A DNA stretch of 64,000 nucleotides from the NCBI GenBank assembly GCA_000934665.2, contig KZ538289.1:62001-126000 (forward strand), in the 5' to 3' direction. The translations under genes were made by a program, and so were the position numbers. Source of the stretch: Catajapyx aquilonaris (Eukaryota). The notes below the pieces were generated by a model. It ran no database searches and was not told the DNA's origin. It saw nothing but the letters and a program-made list of their open reading frames with translations. Positions 50,791 through 63,782 of the stretch are shown here, one piece after another. Position 1 is the stretch's first letter; each line of letters starts with the position of its first letter.

Positions 50791-53699
50791 TTAATATGAA
50801 AAATTGATTATCAGACGATATGTTTGAAAGATAAATGCATAGTTTATGAAGTAAATTGCTTCAATCATTAGCCACTTTGATACAAAACGTCTCTAATAAT
50901 CTTACCAGACCAACACCGTTTGATCGTGGTCACCGTGGCCTCACCGAACCCCCCGCAAATTTTGACGCTTCCTAACACGAGGTCATCGTCCACTCCTTAA
51001 CAGCCCACTTGGTCCTTTGAACCACTTTTTACAACGCTTCTGCAAGTAGTAAAAGTTCAGGCACGAGAACAGCCATCCAGTACAATAGGACCCCCCCTAA
51101 CTTCCCGAGGACTACAACACACACAAAAAACCGAATCTAGAAAGAGAGACCTTTCCGAGAGCCAGTTCATTCATACCGGTTCCAACATCTTTGCCTGTCA
51201 GTTAGATTACCTTATTGGCCTGTTGAGGTTCAATCTCTGTCAAGATAATACTAACACTAGGGCAATTTACGAGCTGTCACGAGTCATCCAAACTCACGCA
51301 TAACAATACAGAAGCCGCTCAACTGCTTTTTTTCAGCGTTTTTTTTGTAAACTCCCCTCTCTAGTGAATTGTTTTCTTTCCCTGAGGGTAAGAAAATCAA
51401 TGGGAATTTGAGAGGCATGAATGGACTAGACCTGTGGGCATCAAAATCGTTATACTGTTCCGGAGTAGGTGTCATTTCAAGCTAAAACCGGTTGGCTATA
51501 TCAAAATTGGGCAATATTAAAAATCTTTATGAAATTATGAATATATTAACTAAAATGCATCGTTACGAACATACCTATAGTGTATCTATTTCCGCATAGT
51601 TATATCTCCCCCTGGTCGCGAGCTATTCGAGCAACACCTGGTCCCATCAGCCTGCCACCTATGATCCGGGTGATCACTTACTGACTTGGAGCTCCTGCAA
51701 ACTGGGTCCTCTGCAGTGGCCGGAGCCATCTGATGACGGTCTTTCCAACCCCCCTGCCTTTCGGTGGAACCAATAACGGCGCCCGAGGCTTCGGGTCATG
51801 CAATTTCCACGCACATTCCGGGACTAACATCAGACCCGGTAGGTTGTCGTATTGCCCAGGTGTGCTCAGCTGTCTTCAGTACAATGCATGGACCGGTACC
51901 GGTACATCGCTGAAAAATATTGAAACGACAAATTGTGCTAAATTTTCTCAATTGATATAGTAGACATGGTATGTTATACCACAAGCATGTTCATCAGAAT
52001 TTTTCGACTCATGACATGCATTGATTACTATATTTTTAACTAATAAATATCACGTTAAAATTTTAACGGTGCAGATCCACTCCGGGATGTTTATGCTACA
52101 TGTTTCTACTTTAAAATAAAGTTAATTTCAGCACTTATGATGATCAAAATGAAGGGAAAGTCTAATGGCTTATTGATTTTGGGAGAACATAAGAAAGCAG
52201 CATTCGTCTGTCACTCGTTCATTAAAATCGCTACATTTTTATCGTTTGGCAACCTTGCTCCTTAACATCGCAAATTCGGCTATAATTATAATAAGTATAA
52301 TAATAATTGTTATTATTATCTCTATTGGCGAATTTGTACTTTGTAACTATTGTAATTTCGCAATATGGCGCCTACCTTGACACAATTTCACTCTAGGCCA
52401 TTTAGTGTCCCAAAATAATCCCCTAGCCAATTGAGCAGAATCCGGTGCAAAAGTGGTGATAATGTAGGGCCAGAAAAGCAAGCATTTACATGTGTGCAGT
52501 ACCTGGCTTCACCTCTCCCTCCCTGGAAGTGGCAGGAAGTGGCCAACACGGAACCACCTCAGGGCCCTAAAGCAACACTTCCGCCCAATCAAATGTAAAA
52601 GCTTCCACTACTCCCTTATACAACGGCGTAGATTTACTTACTCGCCCAGAATGCCCTTCAGGGGAACAGTTCCAACACCAACCAACGCTTTGCTCTTCAT
52701 CTGGCTTGTTCATAGTGTTAATTTGGTGCGTATATCGTTGTACAAAGGCTTGAAAGCATAATTATATGGGTGGCGCCATGTTTGGTCCAAATTACATAAC
52801 GGCGCCATGTTTGGTCCAGCCCACCTATCTTTTGCTGTCAATAACAGTCCACATGCATATTATCCCCCTCTCGAAATCCATAGCGCAGGTAATCCAATAC
52901 CATGCAGGAAAAGCACCATGGCGATCCACACTCAAAAGCCTCCTATCCCTCCCGTTTCATACAAAAATTTTGCGGTGTGGTCAACCAGAAAAAACCTACT
53001 ATATAGAGGTTGTTCAGCCGAGTAGTAAAAATCTGCTCTATTCACGTTTTTAAGTGGCATGGGTCGGGCAGGCAACTCAGGCCCTCATCTTTTGATTGGT
53101 ACAACTATGTGACACAACAGGAAAAAAAAAACCAGGTGCTTGAAGGTGCCCCCTTTACACAAGGGGGGCGTTGGCTTCGGTTTTCCAAACGGAACAGATT
53201 TGTCACCTTTTGCAACCCGAAAAGCCACTGGACCTTTCCACGCCCAGGTTATTTTCAAAACACGTCCTCCTGGGAATAATGGCGGGCCTGAATTTATGTT
53301 GGATGTTGAGAGTAGTTGTTGCCTTTTGCTTGCCCTTTTCCAGTTCATTTCGGGGGAGAGCCCCAGGACCCCTTGATTAATGGCAGAGGCACCGACCTGC
53401 CCGGGGTTTTATGACACCAGGGAATTTTGGGAGCTCAGGAGGCCAACCGATTTTTGGATAGGCCCTACTGTACTGAAGGGTCTCAGAAAGTCGGTTCTGA
53501 CACACCCGGTCATGCCATCTTCTAAAAAGGACTGTACTGCTCAATATTTGCACAGTAATGTGCTTATGAATGAACGGCGCCATGTTTGGTCCAAATCACA
53601 GCATGGAATTGAATCCGCCATGTTTGGTCCAGCGTTCTGGAGAGCAATGCTTTCATTTCCCTGAGAATTAGAGTTAATAATTATTAAATAAACCAAATT

Positions 53700-54090
53700 C
53701 CTACATGGCCCAACATGGGGTTAAATAAATAAATGAAAATAAATGAATAAAATTTATTCGTTTATTTTTATTATTTATTTGTTTTAAATACCCCATGATA
53801 GGGCGGAGCCCTCTTAGGGGGGAAGGGGAGATTCCCAAGGGTAAAACCTGTAATTTTTAGTCATTTCTGACTTTGTGAAATACACCAGATCTTTTCTCCT
53901 GGCCCTGGGCAGAGTAGGGAGTGCAATTCTGCCCCGGCATGTCGGGTGAAAAGTGGAAAAAACCGGCCAAGCAGACGGGGTGACGGGATTTGAACCCCGG
54001 CCTCCCGCTTGGTTGGCCAGTGGCGTAACCACTAGACCACCATGACTCCCTTATTTTTATTTATTTATTTAACCCCATGTTGGGCCATAG
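53700..54090. repeat. Hairpin element split by the SINE insertion
   Basis: atggcccaacatggggttaaataaataaat (left) versus atttatttatttaaccccatgttgggccat (right). Confidence 0.8.
53781..54050 (-). mobile_element. tRNA-derived SINE, full-length copy
   Basis: Minus-strand head with Pol III A box TGGTCTAGTGG (54029-54039) and B box GGTTCAAATCC (53986-53996). Body shared with 10782-10939. Flanked by near-identical direct repeats ttatttttatt(t)atttattt (~53762-53780 and 54051-54070) as TSD. Confidence 0.85.
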
Positions 54091-55954
54091 GCATTTAGGG
54101 GAGTTAATAATTAACACCTGGCATACCTCTCGACAGACGTTAAAACAATGTTAATAGTAGGGAAGGCCATGTGATATGGACATCGCCATGTTTAGTCCGG
54201 CCTTGTGGATATATACTGATTCTATACTCACACTCAGTGTAAGAACCAAGGTTGCGTCACTGGCGTCCAGTCGGAACCCTCTCAGGTCCGGCATCATCCA
54301 CAGTCAACATTGTCGAGACGGAAAGCAATCTTGAGCAACTCCTATCTAATCTGAGTGGCTTTTCTCCCTTCCCGATTCTTCCCTTTTTTGTTAGACCTAC
54401 TGTGGGTGGTAGGGTGGGCTATGCGGTGCAGTGATCTCCTTCCCCGGAGTGTCCGGATCCCAGAGGCGGTGTGGCCACCGCCATCCCATCCTGAGCCCCA
54501 TCCCATTCTATCCGCCAAGCGGATTCTTCACGGCCAATTGGCCCTCTTGATAGAATCGGCCCGAGTCGAGACTTCTCCTTCTTATGCCCTCCCTTTTTCT
54601 TTCTTTTTTTCTCTTCAGGAAACGGCCGCCTCTGAGGTGATTTGATGTCGGGATGGAATAGCTTATCAAATACATTTATCTTCTCCCTACGGCCGCCACC
54701 CTCCCCCAAATCCATTCTTTTTCATTCTAATGGAGCCCTCCTGCAGTCTATTCGCCACCAGGACTGAGGAAGAAAAAAAAAGGAATAAGATGGAGTAGCG
54801 GCTGGGACGTGGGGGAAAGGACACTCCTTTCTGGTGAACCCACTATGGCAAAACTCGCCATCTATCAGGATATTGGCTCTTTTTGGACCCACTGGCTTGT
54901 ATTTGCACGCTCAACAATGTGGGGCGAAAAGTGAGTGAGTGGTCGAAACTAAGGATGTAAATTAAAAAGTAAAAGACATCATAGATTATAAGATATGGCG
55001 CATTGAAATATGACCCATTGAAATATGACACCCGCGGAAATGTCGGTTGGACATAACCGTAAAATTGGTTCAAAATTGATATATTTTAGAGTGTAAGGAC
55101 AAAATATATTTTCGGGTCATGAGTTAGGTTGGGGTTGAGATTGCTTGGGGGCCGGTAGATGGCGATGCGGCCTAACCGAGTTGGTTTCGGTGGGCGCTCG
55201 GCTCATGGACGTCTTGGGACTTGAGCGCGATTTAGTACAACCTCTATCGGCAAATCCTATCTCCGTTAAAGGCCCGCTCGAAGACTTAAATTCAATTGGG
55301 AATGCCACCTCCATTTTTTTTGGGTGGGAATGTGGTCCTAGGAATATGTTGGCAACTTCATTAATGCCAGTCAGGTATAGTATAATATTTAAATTTATTT
55401 TAAAATTTATTTACGATGTGCATAATTATGTAGACCTCCAACTTAGGTACTATTAGGTAGTTGCAACAAGCTGCTGTGCGCTATTCTATGACGACGACGA
55501 CCCCCCGTTAGTTTCTGTATACTTGGCAGAATAGGTCACTTGGATTTGCGCAACACGAGATTGCACTTTGTTGTGCAGCTCGCTAATAGGACAAGCGCCA
55601 AGTGCGACAACACATGCCGCTGGAGGGGACGATGGAGAAGAGATGGGAACACCGCTCCCAGAAAATCCGCCGAGTGCATTACAGATTCACACATCCTTGG
55701 TTTGCCATTTTTTCGGATGAGGTGTCACACGTACTTACTGTACGGGTATAGTGTACGCCAAAAAAGTGTTGGACGCTATTCTGGTTGTATAGTGCGACAT
55801 GTACTGTCGAAACGTTAATAAAATTGGCGAACACGTCCTTTCTACGAAATCGCAGGCGTGTCCTTCATACAAAAATTCCCAAGGTGCTATATAATCCGAA
55901 TTCAACGCCTCCAAACTGCGTATGACCCCAAACCCGGAATAACACGTCATGTTG

Positions 55955-56019
<65 letters not shown>
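55955..56019. repeat. (ATT)n microsatellite
   Basis: About 21 ATT units. Confidence 0.97.
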
Positions 56020-56752
56020 GCCAGCCGGTGTCGGATTACTCATTTTGGTGGCATATGTGTTCGAACCCCGGGTATGATAATGCAATGACTCACATTCTTC
56101 CTAATCCTATTTTGGCACCCTCTCATCCAGCTGACTTGTCTTCAACCATGCACATACTAAATACACATACATATGCGCCATTTGATGAAGGCAATTTGAG
56201 CATATAAACACAGACCTCCGGATACATCCCGCTGGTGCAATGCCTGGCGGGTTATAAGTCGCCGGGTGTGGCATATATAAAAAACGACGAGGGGGGGTGT
56301 TCTGCCATGGGTGTGTATACATATAGGGAATAAGCCCAAGGGTGACGGAGGGAGCGTGTCGAATGGCGGCAGGCATCAGCTGCATGGAAAGAGCGATGAC
56401 GCATCCCACTGGCACGACGACGGGAACACCCCCTCCCCCCCGCCCCTTCCTCTCTCGACACGGCTCACTTTTGCCGGAATAATTGAATAAATTGCAACTT
56501 TTGGCGGAACCTTTTTCGAAGGGTGCGCGGAATTCGGCAGGGCTTTCTGATCGACGATTTACCTAACAAGGGAGCAACGAGGGGATTTTCTGATATGAGG
56601 TGCCGCAGGAGATGTATAGTCACCAGCAAAAAGATTCGAAGAGAGCAGTGGCAGGAGTTCTATTTATCCCCCCGGTGCACTCCATGTGCATGCACATACA
56701 GATGTTGGGTTATCAAGTGAAAGACCAACGAAGAAACAGGGTGTATAAGCCT

Positions 56753-58253
56753 TTAATTTCTTATAAACATTGTGAAGCCACGGATAGCCATCCAGACGGA
56801 CACTAGGAGGAAGTGGCCGATGATGAAGGGTGATGAGGTCTGCAAAGTGTACGCAGTGTTGCATAAGTCATGTGCGCAGTAGCACAAGACGAATTCTGGT
56901 TCCACTTCAGGGCAATGATTGTACTTCTCATATAAGCTCTCTCTGGTGCTTTCTGGCAGCCATACAATGCATCGTCTTTGTCTTGTGAAAAAGAACATAA
57001 TCCATGAATGGGTCATCCTACTACAGTGGTCTGGAGATTTTTTGTCAAAAAAAAGAGTATTTGGCCTGGGATTCCCTACGCATGACAGTGATGGGGTAGG
57101 ACGGGACATGTATTTCTCCCCTTTCTAGTACACTACGCCAATAATTGTCTCTAATTGCAACAGGAAAGGGGTAGTACGTATGGTACATGGCATTTCTTTT
57201 TACCAAAATGCTGCACTTTTTGATTGGAATATGCCACTTTCAGGGATCATAATGTCATAATAGAGCTTTTAAGATACGGAGCCACTTCAAAATCAATGTA
57301 GGTCACCAAAATAATTACCATTAAAGATGGCCGCCACCGGTTTCCTAAAATGGCTGCATCTCAGCTCATACAGTGGCCCGATTGTAATTTAGATTATTTT
57401 GTTTGCAGGCTCAGGCTAAGCGAAAATATTTACAGTCGATAACTCGATAACTCGAAATAATTCTCGCCAAGTAGAAGAAAATTTTGGGACTTGCGGATTC
57501 TCCATTTACTATTACTACATACTATTATTTACTATTACTATTTGTACGGGTGCTGTTTTCCCGACCATATTTGATAAGTCGATTTTTTAAATCGGTCCCA
57601 TGGTGGTTCGAGTTATCGGGATTTGATTGTATGAAAACATACACGTGTCTTTAAAACCTCAAAGGTTTCGCACAAATAAATAATTATCGAAATGTCACGT
57701 TTCACATGAACTTCATTGTTAATACCTTTGTTAACAACTAATATCATTGACATACTATATTTATACAACATTTTAAATGATCAGAAATGCTGCTGAAAAT
57801 TATCACTATATACACTATACTTCCGATTATCCGTATGCGGATTATCCGCATAAGAAATAAGAAAATAAACAGTGACGACAATCTCTTTGAACGTGATAGT
57901 ACAGTACACGCAATGCTTACGAAGGCCTCTCGTCATTTTCAAGCAATACCACTTGCAATCTTCAAAGTCATCTTCGCAAGCCTTATCTACGAATCCTTGC
58001 CAGCTGGAGCACTTAGTCCTTATCCGGCCTGAGAGGTAGTTGCACGGCTTAACTTCGCAGTTGTAATAGTAGCACTCCAGACCGGTGGCTGCCGACAAGA
58101 ACAATCGTTGAGCGGTAAGAAAAGCACGGAACCGGCACACAGTGTGCATAAAATGGCTCACCTGGCATGGCCATCATGACGATTGACGAGGTCAAGGAAG
58201 ACCAGGACGAGGCAGCCCACACCCCCACCACCGGGCAGCAGCATCGAGGTCAT
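56753..58253 (-). pseudogene. Ly6/uPAR (three-finger, quiver/sleepless-like) GPI-anchored protein gene, apparently frameshifted (pseudogene or assembly indel)
   Basis: Signal-peptide-like exon 58253-58162, 73-nt GT-AG intron, exon 58088-57921 (ATG|LECYYYNCEVKPCNYLSGRIRTKCSSWQGFVDKACEDDFEDCKWYCLKMTRGL), last exon ending ...HCPEVEPEFVLCYCAHDLCN plus a hydrophobic tail (SPFIIGHFLLVSVWMAI). LxCY start and CxCxxDLCN end are Ly6 hallmarks. Exon 1 is 92 nt but phase 1 (91 nt) is needed. Confidence 0.75.
57433..57629. mobile_element. pogo/Tigger-like MITE in the Ly6-like gene intron
   Basis: TA-CAGTCGATAACTCGATAACTCGAA ... TTCGAGTTATCGGGATTTGATTG-TA. Confidence 0.7.
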
Positions 58254-61200
58254 CCTGGCCACGGCTGCAGTGGTCTCTGACCAGGGAATTTACTGTCTCG
58301 GGGTGGGGACACCAGTTCTTTCCTCAGCGACTTTCCTGCTCGCTCACCAAAATCGAACTGACTGGAATTACAATCATCAACATCAACAAACCAAGGGAGA
58401 CCATTGTTGTCCCAAGTTACTCCAAAGAGTTCTGCTATAATACGCAAGACAGGTAACCAACTAACCAAGCTCACCGTGAAGGGGCACCGCAGAAAGCGCC
58501 GCGTAAAACCCCGGTGGCGAAAAAAGCAAACAGGAGAAGGAATTGGCCTCTATGCCGAGCCAGTGTGTGTACCTCTATCCCACAGAGCCCTCAAACCTTA
58601 CCCAGGTGGAAGGCAGCCGAGCGGATATAAGGGAGGGAAACTGCTCTCTCTGGATAGGATTTTCTTCTCTCTTTTTTAATAGTAAGGGGGGATGGGGGTG
58701 GGGGGGGGGAACGATAGGCCTGAGAGAGCCCCCCCTTTCTCACTTTTGTAGAGTTTGACAGCCACTGGCGTCAAAACTGCAGTCCCCCTACTCGGCCCTT
58801 TTCTTTCTCCGCCAATATGTTGAAAATCTCTTTGAAATTCAGCAGAGAAAAGAATGTTGGGGGAGGCTAGTGGATGGAATGAAGCCAACATTTATTTGAT
58901 GTCTCCATAGACGACTAGGGGAGCTATAGGATGACAAAAAAAGGGAAAAGATAATAGAGTTTTACATGAGGAAAGTGGCCATTTCTGTACCAGAGATGGG
59001 CAAGTTTGCTGCAGTGTCAGGACATATGGATCAAACTGCATTGGACATTTGTATGCTTAAAAATGGTGCAGAATGCTCAGTATAAATTCTGATATTAAAT
59101 GTAAACATATAAAATTCATTGCTTAACAGCTTCATTAAATTCTTGGACACTTTTCAGCCTCCGCCCCTGAGTTTTAAGACGGGCAGATGGCCCCGTCCTT
59201 TCTGTTCAAACTTGGGTTGTAAACGTGAATTCCGGCGCCTATTCTTCGTCGGTTTCTTTTCCCTTTCATTCACTTTGAAGATTACGAGGAGATTAGACGG
59301 AACAGGGAGATTTAACAGACAAGTTTGTGTTGGTGGACAGATTCGCTGGGCTAAAGAAAGCCTAAAGAGCTCCCACAGTGAAACCCGAGCCTAATCTTCT
59401 ATCCCCCCATCTAACAAACCGCCTTATTTCACCAAACATGTTACCAGTTTTTGTGCTTATTTTTGGCAATATTATATGCCCTGCATACTTGGCCCATAAA
59501 AGGCAAAAAGGCGTGATTCTGGGACCCAGAACCAGATTGGGGGACCAAATGAAGAGCGAAGCAAGCCAAGTGGCCTCACGGCCACCATGACAACCACATT
59601 GGCCTACCTGGGACGCAAAGGACGGAAGGAAGGAAGAAAAGGAAGAATGGAAAAGAGGGGGGATTCTGAGTGCTCCATGTTTGCACACTCGGATGATCCG
59701 GGTGAATAGCTCTGGACCCGAGCTGGATCGGCGGGTTCTGCGGGTTTCCAGCCTCCTTTTTGGAAAGCCCAGCAGTTCTATACAGACTACACCTGACCAA
59801 ACTGCCCCCCTCCCCACCCCATGTATACAGCTCCATGTCCACCTTTTCTGGTCCATGTCAGCAAGTTCTGTCGGTTGAGTGCGGTAACGAGCAAAAACCG
59901 GTGGTGAGAACCGCACCCCATACTGGTGGGCAACATCTTAACAGTGGTCGTGTAACCACATGCACAGTCGCTGACAGTGATGGCTTCACTCTGTGTGCCG
60001 GTACAGAACACGTGGGTGTCATGCCTAGATGGAACACCAGGCCTAGCACAGCCTATAGCGAAACTGTGCATATGATAATTAACTAGCGCAATGGACAGGT
60101 AGATATATGAAAAAAATGTTCCCAGCAGGACCCTAGGGTGCCCAGTGAGTAAATCGGCGCAACGGTTCCTGAGGAGTGACAAGGGGCAGGAGCCACTGAG
60201 GCTAACCCAAGGATTGATCAATGGACAAGGAGGCCTCTTTGTCAGCATCCCATAGCTCGTAGGTGCCCATTTTCCTCCTTATGCGTCTCCTTTCCACGCC
60301 CACGGCGATCCCCTCGAACCCTTAGTCCCCATTATTATTTTCCATGCCCCCCCCCNCCCCCCCCTCTCACCCCCCATGTTTTTTATTCGGCCTAGGATTA
60401 GGGCTGTCATAATAAGGCTGCCGTGATGTAATTCCATCCCGCGCTAATTTCCTTGGATAGGCTATTTGTTAGGATGGGATGAGTAAGAAAAACCTGGTGG
60501 TGACACATGTAAGCCCCCCCCTCATGAAATGCAAATGATGGGACTGGAACCTTGGAGGGCACGGGACATTTGGCAAGATCTTTTCAGATGCTGGGTGACC
60601 TTATAGGGTTATATTTAGGCTAACCAGGTGCTCCCACCAGAAAGGCTCACAATCAGCTTGGGAGTAGGCCTAGCACATGGAGCTAGGCCTAGCACTGATG
60701 GCAAAGTACCATTGGCAAATCCTAACAACCCTACACCCCATTAATGAAATCTGGTTCTCCCATAGCGATATCGCGTATTCCGCTCCTGAGACGAAATTCC
60801 CTTGGGTCGAAGCAATGAAGCAACATTCCCCACTGGAAAAAAGCAGAAGGAGGGAGGGAAAGAAGGCGACCTCGAGCCAGTCGAGCGCAAACTCATCGCA
60901 GCGCCTTGTCACTTGGAAGTACAGAGCGCATTACTAACGAAGAAGGATGCCCAGAATCAAAGGCCATTAAATGGGCCCTTGCACGCTCTTCTTTGGCCCT
61001 TTTCTCTACACCCTCTATTGCTATACTCTCTTCGCGCTCAACTTGCCTTGATCGGCCTTAACAGAAGATGGTATGGCCACTCCTTTACAGACGGAGCATG
61101 TATATTTTCTATGCCTGGGCGGAGACGCTGGCCATGCCTGTGATAATTGGGAGGAAAATGGCGGAAGAAAACAAATATGAATTACCTGAGCTCAAAATGT

Positions 61201-62399
61201 TCTCTAAATGATTTTGATTCCATTTGAGTAATTTATTATTATTGTGACTCTTTTTAAGTTTGAAAAACTGAAGTACTGAACAATCAAAGTCACAATCTAA
61301 TGAGTGAGAAACTTTCAATTTGAATGTTGCATTGAATGTTGGATCATTTCTCCATGAAAAAGTGGACTGGCCAGGTAGAGTAATATTACATCTAAAAAAA
61401 ACACTATATTTGTGTAACTCATCTTCGACCAAAATGCGGCTAACAATCTGTGAAATAATTGGTAAATACAATTCAATTCAGAATGGCCGCGTGTGTGTAA
61501 CCTCGTGTTTCCCCTTAAGCTCACAGGGACGTCCCCATGCACAACAAGGTGTAGTGGGAACTTTAGTGTGCGTGTTAAAAAACCATCAGCCCTGGTTCTT
61601 GGCAAGGGAGCTCGCCAGTTCAGGAAATTAGGCAGCGAGGCGTCGTTCGAATCATTTTCTCAGCCCCCATTCGCTTTCCACAGCTGCACCTTATACTCGC
61701 TTCCCACCCTGTTGTAATCTCACTTACTGGTTCATAGTACTTCACCTTATCGGCTCAGTACTTGTATATACACTTGCTATGTATGAGCGAAACACTTCGC
61801 ATGCGGTTTTGCCTTCATGCAACACCTCAAAGACCGATATTGCAAATTGAGGTTTTTACACTGTTTCAACACCAGAATGTATTTCACGTAATTGGCTAAA
61901 TTCATTACAGAAGTAATGTTTGCCAAAATTGTGATAAAAATCACTACAAGCTCAAATGAAAATCAGGTGATTTGGTGCTTCTTCAAGGAATTATTGCAGA
62001 AGTGTGATGGCTACTCAAAATAATTGACTCTATCCTTCTTAAATGACGAAATTCCTAATGTAAATTTTCAGCTGATTTGCGCACATATGTCTTCAGATTG
62101 ACAGAAGCAGTGTTCTCAAAATTAAGCTCTTCAGCGAGAGTACAACAAAATTAGCTTTTGAGCACCCAATGAATTAAATTTGGTTAAAAATACGTCCCAT
62201 CAACAACATCCTGATCCCACCTCCTCATAATCACGATTAAGCCAGCTTACTTTAAGTCACCACCCCAATAATGACAGTCTCCCCCCACCCATTTTCCTAT
62301 AGACCCCATCTAGACTGATCCCTTGTCCAAATATTGGCAAAAACTAGCGAGTTGGTTGGCAGGAAAAGGGCTGCCTTTCCTTGAGAAACTGGGCGAATC

Positions 62400-62910
62400 C
62401 TATTGGTACACTCAAGAGACCGGACCAATCGAAGGGCGGAGTAGGAGGTCTGGCGGCGCGTCGGCGGGTAGACCAAAGCCACCAAGAATTACCGGGGGTT
62501 CCATCAGGGGGGTTCCCCCATCTCTAGGGGGTTCCATCGTCAGCCCCCCAGAAGATTACCAAGGGAGAGAGAGAGAGAAGGGGAGTCCCAAGTGTGAGCT
62601 GGCCCCCCCTCTAGTTTCCCCCCTACCCTACCCATAAACCACTCCCTCCCTGCTTCTCCTCCACCCCCCTCTATCCTCCCCACGACCCCAACCCGGCGTC
62701 CGTGGTGTGCTATTGACCAGATCACAAGCGGAGAGGGAGCCAAGCGGACGATTCACAAGTGCGCGCCAGTCTCGCCGTCACAGGCGCCCTCTCTGAGTCG
62801 GAGTTTTGTCGGAGTTTGTGTCGGTTGGGTACGACCGGGAGCTCTGCAGTGTCGCGCGTGGATTTCGTGTCGGCTGGATTGGAACGACGCTGATTTTATT
62901 CGATAGACAG
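62400..62910 (+). promoter_or_regulatory. Putative divergent promoter and non-coding first exon of a gene continuing beyond the window
   Basis: CCAAT plus GC box (gaccaatcgaagggcggag, ~62424-62442), CpG-rich ATG-free segment ~62765-62910, donor-like ACAG|GTTGGT after 62910, then a drop to AT-rich sequence. Confidence 0.4.
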
Positions 62911-63382
62911 GTTGGTATGGTCATATTCGGAGGGATGGACATTGGGGTGGTAGCACGTGTTTGACAGTGGAAGAAGCATGGCTAGAAATTTGAATTTCGC
63001 AAAAAATTTGAGTGGTGGACTGAACATGTGTCACATTTTGATTTAAATTGAGTTACAGAGTATTACACTCATTGTCAGTTGGGATGTACTACTCCCATAC
63101 TCGTATGTCGCTCAAAATCATAGAGACGATTTTGAGCGGTACCTAACCTGCAGAGAAATGATTGAAAAATTGGGGGTTTCGATCATTACGTGCCGTACTT
63201 GAATCGCACTTGAATTTATAGCGCTCTTTTGTTTTTGTGGTACTGATATATTATGTCTATAAAATGTTTGGAAAATATGAAGGGTGTGATGTCAAGTACT
63301 TTATAATTAGCTGTCACATAACGTCAGAAGTGCTTGAACTAATTTTCTGGCAATGCGTTTCAGGCATTATGTAATACCGGTA

Positions 63383-63782
63383 CAGTTGAATCGAGGATAT
63401 GACAGACATCAAGGGACCGTTAGAAAAAAATATTGTTATAACCGAGGTCTGTTATAGCCAAATCGTCACTTTCACAAAGTTTTCTGGTTTCTATATGCCT
63501 ATAATTTAATGATTAATGAAATCCGTCATAAATGCAATATTAGCTCACCCGAAAATTATTCAAGACTAAAAAATCCAAAATTTTCTTCTGTCGTCTCCGT
63601 TTTGCCAATTTTATATCAGAAAAAGCGTATTTTCCCTTCAAGGGGCCCGAGGTGAAGTGAAAATGAGTATGTTATGAGTAAAAATACACAGGGGCTTATG
63701 GAAGTATGGCGGGACCGGACTTTCGAGTCTGTTATAACCGAAAGTCCGTTATAACCGAGGTTGTTATATCCGGATTCAACTG
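63383..63782. mobile_element. pogo/Tigger-like MITE
   Basis: TA-CAGTTGAATCGAGGATATGACA ... TGTTATATCCCGGATTCAACTG-TA, with internal gttataaccga subterminal repeats. Confidence 0.82.

Noticed and set aside
53974..54050. Functional tRNA gene
   Set aside because: A and B boxes are present, but the acceptor and anticodon stems pair poorly, and it is fused to a repeated body with TSDs, so it is a SINE head.
59362..61143. Several 85-185-aa ORFs as a further gene
   Set aside because: No coherent splice-linked frame or family motif found.
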